Below, one piece after another: positions 11,196 to 23,029 of a stretch of DNA of 64,000 nucleotides. The stretch is from Heteronotia binoei (taxonomy: Eukaryota): contig NC_083230.1 in assembly GCF_032191835.1 (NCBI RefSeq), positions 83,700,001 to 83,764,000 on the forward strand. Reading direction: 5' to 3'. Made by a program: the position numbers and the translations under genes. How positions within the stretch are numbered: the first letter of the stretch is position 1; each line of letters starts with the position of its first letter. Below the pieces are notes generated by a model, which was not told the origin of the DNA, made no database searches, and saw nothing but the letters and a program-made list of their open reading frames with translations.

Positions 11196-12009
11196 GAGAG
11201 GAGTCCCCCGTCACAGCGGCAGAGGGACTTTTTGTTTTATAATCAGCTGTTCAAACTCAGTCACCTCTCTTAGAACTCCATCTTCCGTGTTGATAATCTT
11301 TAGTCTTGAAGCTGATTGATAATACAGCAACAATTGAATGTTGATTCCTTCATCTCTAATATCTTGCCAGGACTTGATTTTCCTCTATTTACCATATTGC
11401 CATACATTAAAAACCATTTTTATTTCTCATTTTCTAATCATGATAAACTTCTTTTGGGGACATGAGTGGTGTATTTGAAGGGCTCAATAAATCCCAGCAT
11501 GTAAACCATATTCTCAAAAGTTCATCTCTAATTATATGACTCCTTTCTTGTGTCATGATTGTTTTAATTGATTTCTTAATCCATAAATAATTGTGTAAGC
11601 CTTCATTTAAGTCTGCTGATTCAAGTTTTACTATTCTTTGTCTTGGGGTTTTAATCTGAATCACAATCCAATCTGGGTCTGCTGTTTAGTAATATTACTT
11701 TGTATTTGGAACAGCTAACCCTTCTCTCTTTTTCCCATTTTGTAATATTTTAAACTTATTATTGGTTTCTTGCCATTCTGAATGAATTTGTTTATTTATC
11801 TTTGCCACTATAGGAAGGAAGGATTATTGAGAGAATGCCAAACAAAACAAAAAGTCTTAACCCATTGTCAAAAGAGAGCAACAGAAGGGGACAGACGAAT
11901 CTCCCTGGGAAGAAAGTTCCAGAGCTTTGGTGCTGTGATTAATAAGGCCGTCTCCCAGTTTGCCATGCACCTCATCTCAGAAAACGGGGGAACCTGAAGC
12001 AGAGTGACT

Positions 12010-12497
12010 GTTGTAGCTGGATGGGTTCATAGGTTAAGCTGGGAGAGTGCAACTGGCGCAAGATCATTCTGCAAGCTTCTTTGGCGGGGTGGGAATTTGA
12101 ACCTGAGTCTCCCAGACACTTGTCCACCACTCTGATCTAGGACTGCCAAATCTCTCTGCTGCTGTGGCGGGGGACTCCTCTCTTGCATGCAAAGCATGCA
12201 CAGCACTATGATGTCACCTGGAAGTGACGTCATTGTGTGCCAAAGATGCTCTTTGATTCATGGTAAAAACTCTAGGTACCGTAGAGTTTTACTGGGAATC
12301 CTAGATCATCCCTGGTGTTATGATGTCACTTCCAGGTGACATCATTGCACAGGGCATGTTGTGCAATGACAGGGCCCTTTGAGGCGGGGATCCCCCCAGT
12401 GGCCTGCTCCATGCTGGTGGGTTGGGCCCCTCCAAATTGGGGATCCCCAGCCCCAGCAGGAGCTTGGCAGACCTCCTCTAACCACTACACCTGTAGT
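12010..12497 (-). mobile_element. Squam3-like SINE (antisense) interrupted by a hAT MITE at 12138-12475
   Basis: Antisense tRNA head (gaatttgaacctgag...ctctaaccactacacc) is split. The MITE has TIR TAGGACTGCCA, an internal inverted pair ATGATGTCAC..GTGAC(G/A)TCAT and a 6/8 TSD. Confidence 0.7.
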
Positions 12498-13403
12498 AAT
12501 ATACTATAAATAAATGTATAAGTTATGTATTATGTGAAGAACTACTGAAGGCAGGTTTGTAGCCTGAATCAGTTTTATTAGGTGTCCCAAGTTTTAAGAT
12601 TATGGGAAAGGAAGGGGGGAAGTATGTCAGTTTGCTTTTTCTATAAGCTATCCATTCTTCCCTCTGTTCTGGTCACATTCTTCTAGCTCTTTTTTTCCAG
12701 CCATGTCCATGGATAGTCTTCATCTGCTCAGTGCACCTTAAACCTCACTTAGGCCAGTCTTGGCTCTTCACACCACTTTATGAACACAGCTAGTTAGACA
12801 AGCGTGTTGTATAAATTAATAACAAAGGAGCTGGGAATTTATGTGTGCTGTTGTCCTCCCTTGGGCAAGAGGTGCTTTGGGGACATTGGGAGGTGACAAG
12901 GTACATAGTATCAACACGTCTTGTCTGTAAGTGTGGTTATAATTAATTTTCTCTGAGGCTGGTTTATCCTTCCTATGAGCCAAACTATGAGGGGTTCTGT
13001 GTGCTGATAATAGAGCTTTCTAGTTAATACCTTTGAATTCCTCAAGAGTCTTTCTTTCCATACTTAATAACAGCTAAGCCATGAAAAGGAAATCCAAGGG
13101 GATTCGTAGAGTTTTGTCAACACGCAACACGCTGTCATCTCAGTTTCAAGGCCATTGCACAGAAACCTAGTCCAAAGCCTGTAAATCTCAGTTTATTGCA
13201 GACCTAGCAGGGCAACCAAAATATCCCTGCCTTGGCCATCACACCCTTTATGAGGTTTGCCACATAGTGTGTGTTGGCAGGAAGACAATTCCAGAGTTAT
13301 CACTCTCTAATGAGAGACCTTGGCAACAAGGCTTGCCTGGCTTTGTGGCTTCACTGGCTTTGTAAAGCACATCCTCTGGTCACCACAGATTGCACGAATT
13401 GGA

Positions 13404-14247
13404 AAAGATGGGCGCAAACCAGAAGAATTGTGGTTCAGTTGGTTCGTGGTTCATTTGATTGCATGAATTGGTATGTTGTGTTGGTTCGTGATTTGTTTGA
13501 TTTCCTGAATCGTTTCATGGTTTGGTTTGGGAGGTGTAGAACAGCTCCATGGTGACACCAAACTCACTGAGAGTCTTCAGCAGACTCTCCTCCATGTGCC
13601 ATCAAGTTTGATGAAGATTGGATTTGGACTGTCCAAGTTATAGCCCCCCAAAGCAAAGTGTCCCCAGGAAAGCTCAGCTTCAGCTCTCTCAGAACAACTA
13701 ATTCTTTGTGCTGCAAAGTGAAAGCAGCTGAGTCAGGGTGTCTGCTCCCATAGAGCAGAGTGGTTGGCTCCTAGGGCTGCCTATCAAGCTATGGACAATT
13801 TCTATGGGGATTTCTAGGGCTCCCAGAAGTCCACCCTCAGTGTTGCTGAAGAATTGGTTGAATTGGCACCAGGCGGTCTTGCAAACAAACCGCAAAAACA
13901 AAACCAGGGCTTTTTTTGAGCAGAAACCCACAGGAACACAGTTCTGGCTGGCTTGGTGTCAGAGGGTGTGACCTGATGTGCAAATGATTTCCTGCTGAGG
14001 TTTTTCTACAAAAAAGCCCTGCGTGAAACAATGGTGACATCAGGGGGTGTGGCCTAATAGCAAATGAGTTCCTGCTGGCCTTTTTCTACAAAAAAACCCC
14101 TGAACAAAACAAATGATACATGGAAAAAATGTGTTTCATTTTTGGATTGGGGACAACACAATTCCATGAATCTGTTCAAAACAAAGCACGAATTGGCCTG
14201 ATTAATGCATGAACCCTGATTTGTTTATTGGTTTGTGCCCATCCCTA
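13404..14247. mobile_element. hAT element with (TAGG)GATGGGCACAAACC TIRs, carrying a nested MITE at 13905-14102
   Basis: GATGGGCGCAAACC at the left and GGTTTGTGCCCATCCCTA at the right. The nested CAGGGCTTTTTT MITE has a perfect TSD AACAAAAC (13897-13904, 14103-14110). Confidence 0.7.
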
Positions 14248-14479
14248 GTTGCAGCTACTCCCAGACACTCAGAAAAGGAGGAGAAGGGCTGGGCAGCTCA
14301 ATGGAAATAGATAACCCATGTGTATTCATATACATGCACACCTTTCTGTTTATTTGGAAGGACGTCTGAAGCAGAAGTAGTGACCCAGTTTAGTCGCTTA
14401 CTGTGCAATCCTAAACAGACTTACGTCCTACTTAGAGTCCCTTCAGTGGACTTGGAAGGGCTTAAGTCTTCTTAGGTTA

Positions 14480-14702
14480 ATGGTTAGAATGGCAGACTAG
14501 TTTCTGGAAGAGCATAGCTCAAAATCTGACTCCGCCATGGCAGCTTGCTGGATGACCTTGGGCTGGTCATTCTTGTTCAGCCTAACCTAACTCACAGGGT
14601 TGTTGTTATGGCAATAAAACAGAGGAGGAGAAAAGAATGTTGTAAGCCACTTTGGGTTGCCATTGGGGGAGAGAAGTAGGGTTTAAATATTCTAAATATA
14701 TA
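14480..14702 (+). mobile_element. Squam3-like tRNA SINE (old)
   Basis: tggttaga...gatgaccttgggc...cctaacctaactcacagggttgttgt core. Confidence 0.75.
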
Positions 14703-15123
14703 TAAACAGGGTTGCTTGGGGAGTTAGGAGAGTCAGTAACATTATTTGATCAGTGCTTCTACTTAGGGTTCACTACAGTATCTTTTTGTTCCCAGACTAT
14801 ATTAACTGTTGTATAATAGCATGCATCTCTCATATCATGTTGTCCTTTGAATATAGGCCCTATTGATCTTTTTTTCTGCACTTTTCTCCTTGGCTGAGCA
14901 CTATGGACTCTTTTGAATCATTTTCAGGAAGAAGTCATTGCTGCTTTTGTATTACTGATGTGTGCTTTTGTTAGCATTGTGGTGGCTTTTGATCAAGGAC
15001 ATCCAGAGAAATATGGAGCCATTTCAAAATATTATAGCTGCAAGTACACTTGTGGATGATCCAAACATTTATGTTTGACTTCACGATGAATGTTCATGAC
15101 AAATACAGGACCTAACCATGTTT

Positions 15124-15426
15124 AGAGCCCCGTGGCACAGAGTGGTAAAGCTGCAGTACTGCAGTCGAAGCCCTCTGCTCAAGACCTGAATTTTATTCCA
15201 GTGGCAGCTTGGTTCAGGTAGCCGACTGTAGCTTGACTCAGCCTTCCATCCTTCTGATGTCGGTAAAATGAGTATCCAGCTTGCTGGGGGGAAAGTGTAG
15301 ATGACTGGGGAAGGCAATGGCAAACCACCCCATAAAAAGTCTGCCGTGAAAATGTTGTGAAAGCAATGTCACGCCTGAGTCGGAAACGACTGGTGCTTGC
15401 ACAGGGGACTACCTTTACCTTTTACC
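15124..15426 (+). mobile_element. Sauria SINE, near full length
   Basis: gccccgtggcacagagtggtaaagctgcagtactgcag head, cagccttccatccttc body, Bov-B-like ggcaatggcaaaccacc tail and (tttacc)n end. Confidence 0.9.
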
Positions 15427-16015
15427 CATGTTTATTTAGAAATCTCATTGATTTCAGTGGGACTTGCTTTCAAGGAAATGTTTTGCAATATAACATGCAG
15501 AAATATAAAATAATTTCAATGAAATAATACACGGATAGCATGTGAAATCCTATGTGAGAAAAGACTGTGTATGTCAGAGAGATGGAGGATGTCTCCAGGA
15601 ATCAGTGTATAAAGTAGTATAATGGGACAAAAATGGTTTCTGTCTGGATCTCAAAACTGGCCTAATGAAACATGTTATACATATGTATTTGGAAGGCTTA
15701 CTCCCAAGTAAGAGTGAATAGGATTACAGCCTTAATTGTGTGGTATTTCACTAGTTGCAGAGATAATGTTGAGAACAGAAATAAAGAGGAAAATAAAAGC
15801 AAATAAAGATTTATAATTTTACAGTGTTTTCGACTATAAGGACTGAGAGGAACATGCAATTTTAAGCCACTCTTGAGATGCCGTTAGTGTTACATTAGCA
15901 GCTTGATACAACGTATGATATGATGGCAAGAAATCTTGCTGTGTTCAGTAGGATTTGTGCATAAGCAAAATGTGGATAGACATCACTAATAAATTTGTGC
16001 ACACGCTTAAGATGT

Positions 16016-16222
16016 GAGAGTCAGTTTGGTGTAGTGGTTAAGTGTGCGGACTTGTATCTGGGAGAATCAGGTTTGATTCCCACTCCTCCACCTGCAGTTG
16101 TTGGAATGCCCTTGGGTCAGTCATCAAGTTATCTCAGAGCTGTTCTCAAAACAGCAGTTTCTGTCAGAACTCTCTCAGCCCCACCTACCTCACACGGTGT
16201 CTGTTGTGGGGAAGGGAAGGCC
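16016..16222 (+). mobile_element. Squam3-like tRNA SINE
   Basis: cagtttggtgtagtggttaag A box, ggtttgattcc B box and cctacctcac core. Confidence 0.85.
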
Positions 16223-16689
16223 CTCCTTCTCTTTCTTTTTCCTCTTCTGAACCCCCACAACTCCACCCCATCGGTACTTGTCCAGTAAAACATTACTGTT
16301 CTAATCTGGAAGTGTTTAACATCTACTTTTAATTTCATCTACAAAAATATAGTAAAAACCAATACACATCAATAACAAAAACAAAAACATCAGGTCACAC
16401 ATTTGGGATTTATTTAAACGTTCTGAGCAGTGCAGCTTCAGTCTGTGCATCCTTTCTGAACAATCAGTAACACTGAGGTTAGCAGCACTTACTCCTGGGT
16501 AAGCGTGTGTAGGATCACAGCTTTTTACTGCCTTTACCTGAACAATGGCAACATTACCGATGTTTGTGACCCATCTTTTCACAAAGCCAATTTCCTGACG
16601 TTGTGGATTCTGCATGTGTTTGTTGCACACTGCTGCAATGCATATATAGCACTGGGAAGCGTTTGTGTTTACAGTACTGTGTTGGCAGA

Positions 16690-17420
16690 CTTTGGGGGGT
16701 GGAGGCGCGGGGGTGGGAGTGCGGGGTCTCCAGCGTTTGTTTATCCGCTTGGCGAGTGTGAACATGAAGAAATTGGAGAGTGAAAATAACAAAGCGCTGT
16801 CCCTTTAAACCTCAGAGGGAGGGCCCAGGGCTTTGTAGGATGACATCAGTGGGTTTGGCCCTGACACTCAATGGAAACTCAATGAGCGAGAGCCTGGGCT
16901 GTACACACACACGCACATACATACACGCACACTGCGAGGCTGAAGAGGAAGGAGGGAGGCAGTTGAGCAGAGAAGAAGGAAGCAGAGCGCTTGGAGCTGG
17001 GGACGGCCGCGGCAACCCTTTCCCAATCCTCCTTCATCCTTCCCTCGCCGGCTTCTTTCCCCCCTGACAGCCCCAGGAGCAGAAGCGGGAGAGAGGCTCC
17101 TTCCAGACAGGGTAAGTATTGGGGGGATCTGGCCTGTTCTTGGGGTACAAATCCGGGGGGAAAGGCGGCCCCTCCGTCTCTTTGTTTTTTTGCTGAGAGG
17201 AGGAGAAGGCTGGGGGAGGGGAAGGGGCTCCCTCGCTCCCACACAAGGAGAATTAGGTGACAGGTGGCTAAGACGGACCGAAGAGGGGGAGGACAAAAGA
17301 TTTTGTGTTTTTAAAAAAGGGAAGACAAAGGCTCCCGCAGCAGCCCTCCCCGCCTAAATTTCAGAAGGACAGTTTTGGGGAGCCCCCCTCCCGCATACGT
17401 TCTTCTTTTGCCTTTGGCAG
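16690..17420 (+). promoter_or_regulatory. CSNK1E: CpG/G-rich promoter region of CSNK1E
   Basis: Local CpG enrichment in an otherwise CpG-depleted window, G-tracts (16694-16726), CRE/AP-1-like TGACATCA at 16841-16848, (CA)-rich tract at about 16902-16932, and a strong donor AGG|GTAAGT at 17111/17112. Confidence 0.75.
16890..17111 (+). other. CSNK1E: CSNK1E exon 1 (non-coding 5' UTR); start approximate
   Basis: Consensus donor GTAAGT at 17112 inside the CpG-rich region, 4.1 kb upstream of the ATG exon. The TSS cannot be read from sequence. Confidence 0.6.
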
Positions 17421-19036
17421 CTTCGCTGTCTTAAATGTTGAAATGGCTTCAATAATCGTTTTCCTTTGGGGGGGGGGTATCTGTATAATGTCCCTGTTTT
17501 TGGGGGGTCCACTGGGTTCCCCCCGCCTTCTTACGCTTCCCTTACTTAGTGTATGTGTGTAATTTTCAAACAATCAGCTGTGAGTAACGGATGCATTCCC
17601 CACCCTTCTTCTCTTCACCCCCAAACTGTTTGATTTTGGGGGTGCGTGATAGTCATCCTTGGATGTGTATTTGTGAGAGTGTAACCTCTAACAACAGGGT
17701 GTGCGTTAGAGGAGGGAGGGGTGTTATTGTAAATCTCTTGTCTCCTTTTGTGCACGGGGAAAGGTTGGGGTATTGTTGTGGAGGTGGGGGGGGGATCTGT
17801 TTAATTTTATCATTCATTCTGAGGTGTTGCTTTCTTGCCTGAGCTCGGAGGTTTGTGAGGAGAATAGAACAGGAAATAGAAGTTTTGTACCGTTTTGAAT
17901 GGATCCCTGCCTTCTTCCTCCTGCAATGTAATATTTTTTTTCCAAAGGCATTTCCAGTGTTTTGGCTGAGGGTGGTTTAATTTTAAGTGATGCTTGTGGC
18001 TGAGTGATAAAAATGACATTATCAATTTTGATCTCTTTCTCTTCTTAGCGACTGCATTTGTTGTGTGCCTTTAGGTCCTCTTCTGTTCTTTTGGGGTAAC
18101 TGTTCAGAAGGGGAGGAACAAATCTAATCTTGCATGCTGCTTTTAAAATTAACATATATTAATTTTAATATATATTTCTCTTTTCCCCTCCCTTTCCACC
18201 AGACACTGAAGCTAGAATTAAATGCTCTTCTCTCTCCCCCCCCTCACCATTCCTGCAACCCAACAGCATCCATTATATAGCTGGTCAGCTCTCATACAGT
18301 CTGGCCTGCCCTAGCCCTAGGTACTGTGTTCTTGGTTCTTAGCAGCTCAAGCAAGACTCGCAGAGTCCTCTTATTTACACTAATTGTTTGGTGGGAGGGC
18401 AGCGTTGGTTACTTGCCTGACCTTCCAGTCTGCATTGAAATGCTGGGATGTGTGTGTGTGTTTGAGTGTGTGAAAGGCTACTGTTTGTATATATGTTTTT
18501 TTCATGGAATTGTACATATTTATATAATGTATAGTAGGTCTGGGAGGGTGCATGCATATGGAGTTGGATGGGTTATAGCTTTTCTAGTGTTGTGAGTAAA
18601 GGGAATATTAATATAAGTATCCACTCATGCAGAGTGTCTGCATTAGGTCAACGTGTGGGACTTCTTTTTGGAAAACAGGAGACTTTGGTGGTCCTCTTGA
18701 CTCCCTGGGGCTGATTATTTGGCTTGAGTAATATGCTTAGAGTAATATGCTTATTTCCCCCTCTTTCTGTCCTTGGGAGGTAGAGGTTGAGGCCTGAGAC
18801 TAGAGAATGTTGTGTGAATGTAGAGAGGAAGCTAGTTTTCCCTCTGACTTGGAAGCAGTTCCTGAAGAGGCTTTGCCTTTGCCATGAGCTGATCTTGCTG
18901 CTGCCTCTGTGAACCTATCTGTATGCCCAAGGCTTTGCTTGCGGTATTAATTAATGCTCCACCCTATCCATGCTTATCAGGCAGTATGTCCCGTTGAACA
19001 AAGTAGTTTTTAAGACCATATATATTTAAAGATGTA

Positions 19037-19058
19037 GTGTGTGTGTGTGTGTGTGTGT
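19037..19058. repeat. (GT)11 microsatellite
   Basis: Seen directly. A shorter (TG)n lies at about 46725-46741. Confidence 0.9.
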
Positions 19059-20130
19059 TTGTCTTCTATTACTACCCCTCTGATCTTTCCTTGCCCTCTC
19101 ACTGACTTTAGACTCTGAGCAACAGCCACAATTTTTCAGAGAGAGTTTTTGGGTTAGTCAGCTGGAGGGGTTGTGGCAAAGCTACCCAGGATACTCCAGA
19201 GGTAATCCATGGTACTTGTGTGGAAACTAAAAGGTCACTTACTAACTAGAGGGGAAAAAAACCCTTCCATGAACAGCTGGGCCCCTGAAGGCTGAGCCTG
19301 CAACTCTTTCATTGGATGGGTTATTAGCAATTCAGGCCCTCCTCTTGATGTCTGATCAAACTGTTCAGCAGAGCTGGCAGATAAATGGAGGACACTCCTA
19401 ACCTTTAGGGACCTAGTATCTGTAGAGTAACTTCTGAAAAATTCCGCCTATAGCCAGCTTTTGTGCCGCTAATTATATAGCATGAGGAATATGTAACTGG
19501 TTTTGGATGTTGGGTCAAAGACACATGAGCAATTCTGCCCTCTGATTTATAGTCTTGTCCTCCTGGTCAGATGTCCTGTTTTGTTCTGGGTTTGGTTTCT
19601 AGGCTGGTACTACCATTGTATGATCTACTTGAGGGGTGGTGGTTTTGTGATCTCTTGCAAGTTTGTTTATGAGCTTTAAGTAAACATGACCTCTTTCTGC
19701 GTTCTTTGGATGTATGGAGCTGTGTGTTGTCAGGCTTGTGATAATTCTCTCGAAGCATTCAGGGAACATCTTGGTGTGTGTCTGTCATCTGCTCTTCTTG
19801 CTGCAGTCTGGTGATTAGTGATACTGGCAAATATGGGTTTGGGGGGTATGACCAGAACTGCACTTTACTGGGCTCGTTCTAGCATTCTTGCTTCTCCTGC
19901 AATGTGCCCTCTTAAGCAAAAGCATCCTCTTGTCTACTTAGTCTTCATCCATTCTTCCAAACAGCCCACCTGGTCAGGAGCAGAGCCTTCGTACAATGCT
20001 TTAATAATTGTGCTTTACATACATTACCATGCCATACAGTAGTGTCCTCTAAAAGGATCCTCCCCTCCTTCAGATAGCCCCTCATTATTTAAAAAGGGAA
20101 GGGAAAGCCTAAAGTGATGGCCCCCTAGAG

Positions 20131-20648
20131 CAGTGGCCCCCAACTTTTTTGGCACCAGGGACCGGTTTTGTGAAAGACAATTTTTCCATGGACCAGTGGA
20201 GGGGGCAGCATTGGGGGTTTTGCCACCCCAGGCTGCCCCCTTGCCTGTGCCCCATCACTGTCCCCCATGGGGGTCTTTAAATGGGAGGGGAGACTGGGGC
20301 TGTTTCTGCCACCTCCTTGCTAGGTGGCCAGGTGGTAGAAGGCCAGTCTGCCTCCCCCTCCCATTTAAAGACCTCCGCCAATCAGTTGATGGCCGGGGGT
20401 CTATAAATGAGGGGTAGGCTAAGGTCGCAGCAGTGCGGCTCCTTCTGTTGGCCCAGGCAGATGAAAGAGGCAGTGTAACTTTGCTCCAAGGCTGCCTCCT
20501 CTGCAAGGGGACGAAGCTTTGGAGTGAGGCCAATCTACCTCTTTCATCTGCCTGAGTCCCAAGTGGGTGAAAGGGGCAGTGGGGCTGCTCTGCCTTGCTC
20601 CACGGCCCAGTTGCTAGCAGACCACAGCCTGGTGGTTGGGGACCCCTG
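20131..20648. mobile_element. hAT-Charlie non-autonomous element with MER1/Charlie3-like termini
   Basis: TIRs CAGTGGCCCCCAAC / GTTGGGGACCCCTG, TSD (C/A)CCTAGAG (20123-20130, 20649-20656) fitting the Charlie NNCTAGAN preference. Confidence 0.85.
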
Positions 20649-20809
20649 ACCTAGAGGATATTGTTAGGAAACCTCCAGAACTCTGGTTGATGTAGGCGTA
20701 CACAAACAAATTACTCGGCCTGTCCACACCACACATGTGATAAAGCTCATTTTATATGTATGTGGGGATATGGTAAACCTGGTGGCAAAGGCCTGTAGGT
20801 GAGTGACTT

Positions 20810-20900
20810 ACAGAACAGCCTTCAGCAAAATTACACTCTTCTAAGTCCATTGAAGTCAATGGACTTAGCAGGGTGTAACTCTGTTAAAATCTGCACTGTT
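20810..20900. repeat. Short palindromic MITE-like repeat; further copies at about 14400-14480, 50649-50738 and 56384-56474
   Basis: About 90-bp imperfect palindromes with ACAGTGCAATCCTAA-type ends and AAGTCCATTGAAGTCAATGGACTT-type centres. Confidence 0.65.
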
Positions 20901-21212
20901 AGATCTGAGAAATAACAGTGAACAATGTGAAAATGTGACTGGCGATACTTGATATTGTATAGATCAGCAGTGTTAGGCATTGCAGTGTTAGGATTTGTAT
21001 GTTTATGGGCTTTAGGACAGAAGATGAAGCCCAGTGGCCATTAGAGAGCCAAGGGCACACACTATATCTGGGTCTCAAAAAATTCTTATTGGAGGATGAA
21101 TCTAGGCATAAATCTTGTCATCCTCATTTGGAAGCTGAATACATTGGTTTAGTTAACAGTTTCTAACTTTACTCTGTATGTCCTCTGTTTCATCCCTCAG
21201 AGCAACTGAACC

Positions 21213-21288
21213 ATGGAGCTTCGAGTAGGGAACAAATATCGTCTGGGACGAAAAATTGGTAGCGGTTCCTTTGGAGATATTTATTTGG
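21213..21288 (+). CDS. CSNK1E: CSNK1E coding exon 2 (exon starts 21201; ATG 21213), [26 protein letters not shown]
   Basis: Acceptor ccctcAG at 21199-21200, Kozak-like ccATGG, glycine-rich loop GSGSFG, donor G|GTGAGT. Confidence 0.98.
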
Positions 21289-23029
21289 GTGAGTTTCTCT
21301 TAGCTGTGGGTGTTTTCTGACTTCTGCATCATCACAAAAGGGGCTGGAGGGGCTGGCTTGAAAGGTTCACTAGACCTGGAAGAGGCAGATCACCTCTTTC
21401 CAGTAGTTCTGAATTGAACAGTCATCTTTTGTGTGGTAATGGACAACAAGCTTGGCTCCTGAAGTAGTTTTTTTTTTATCCCGGTTGAGCCCTCCAATTT
21501 TAATCTTATAAAGGTAGTATGGTGGGGTTTGTCCATAACTTTAAGGGGAAAGGCACTTTACTACATAGTCTTTTGAATGATGTATATAAAGTACATATCT
21601 GGATGCAAGTACCAGAATACATGTATCGCGTTACTGAGAAGCTGTTTCTGCTAGATTGCAGGCACCTTATGATGAAGTCTGGCCAGTTTTGATGGAGACA
21701 GTTTGTGTGACTTCATAAGCTTCTGAATTCTAGAGTTCTGTAGAATGCTTTTAGAAGACATCAGTTGGCCACTTTTGGTATAAAATACGCTGAGTGAGTT
21801 GTGATATAAAAGATGGTTTTGGGGAAATGAGGGTTGTCAAAGGAGTAAGCTTGTGGAAGTTGCTGACTACAAATGGCTGTGGAGCTGTTGCTTATACATC
21901 TTTGCCATGTAGTCAGGACTGGAAAGACTTTCTGTGAAAACCTGCCTGTCAGGGAAGCATTGCTTCTTGGGAAATGCCCTCAACAATATGAGGACTGACT
22001 GAAATTATGTTAGTGGCTTGACTTCCATATTAAAAAAAAAAAAACCTCTGGCAGTCTTTGTCCTCTGTGCATAACCTATAACTTTGTTCCGTTTAGCTCA
22101 TCTGAATTTCATCTGTTGTTTTTTGTCTCACTTTTATGTTGTCTACTTAAAGATGTGCCCAGAAACAAATAGAGTCTTCTAGGTGTGGCCTTCCTGCCCA
22201 GTGCTGCAGTGAAAAAGGGCTACCCTGAGTGTTCTGTAACATGATGCCAATGTGTTACATGGCCTCCCTCCCATGTAGCTGGCTTTCCCCATCATCCAAC
22301 CCTGTATCACATTGCAAATGCCATCTCCAGTTTGCAGTCTGGCATCGCTACAAGATTTGCCAACTTCACTGTTCCCCAGATTCCTTTTCTGGAACACAGA
22401 GACATCATTTCTGTGCTGTCCTGCCTTAGCATTTCAGTTGGAATCTTTTCTTTGTGCTGGAGTTGTAATCTCAATTTTCTTGAATCCTGATGGGGGTGTA
22501 TCAAGTTAATATTTTCCTCACCCATGGCAGGTAGATCCAGACTTTCCTTCTCTAGCACCACTGATGCAGTGCTTGGGGTAGTTGTATTCTTTTATGTTGA
22601 GCGTCTCCCCCTTATGCTGCTGTTTTCGTTTTGTCCTGATATGTCTAAGCTTCTGGCTTCCACTCTCTACAGAATAGATCTCTATGCTGTCTCACAAGCT
22701 TACATGGTATTTCCCCTTTTTGTATCCTCGTCCTTCCCCATCTTTCCTCAGCTGTTAGGTTTATGTCTCCCTCTTTCAAAGATTCAGGGCAGTTTTATGT
22801 GGAATTTTCCCCATTTTATCCTCAGTTTCGTGGGGTGGGATAGACTGAGTGTGAACTTAATGGGTGAACAGGAATGGGAGCCTTCTCAGTGGTTACCCAG
22901 AGAAGCCGATCTGATCTCCTGTTTATGAGTTTCCAAAAAAATTGCCAAGACATGGCTTTTTAGACAGGTTCTTCTGGAGTAACTTTACATCTGTACTACC
23001 AGATAATGGTATTGCTTTAAACATTTTAT

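Larger units (their letters stand above)
6975..11680 (-). mobile_element. L1 LINE 3' fragment (ORF2 C-terminus plus 3' UTR) split into six pieces by later insertions
   Basis: Minus-strand pieces translate to L1-type ORF2 motifs in correct order: ELLRIWF..TPLMSP (11434-11664), HLLRRIY..LLQLETEE (about 10150-10200), QWEQLWEK..ALRE, WYKMFFRW, GTFYHIWWTCKK, EEQWSV + YYASRIQI*. Confidence 0.75.

Noticed and set aside
14928-15059. Exon-like frame EEVIAAFVLLMCAFVSIVVAFDQGHPEKYGAISKYYSCKYTCG* resembling a TM or signal segment
   Set aside because: T-rich DNA yields hydrophobic codons by chance. There is an in-frame stop just upstream, no partner exon and no good donor.
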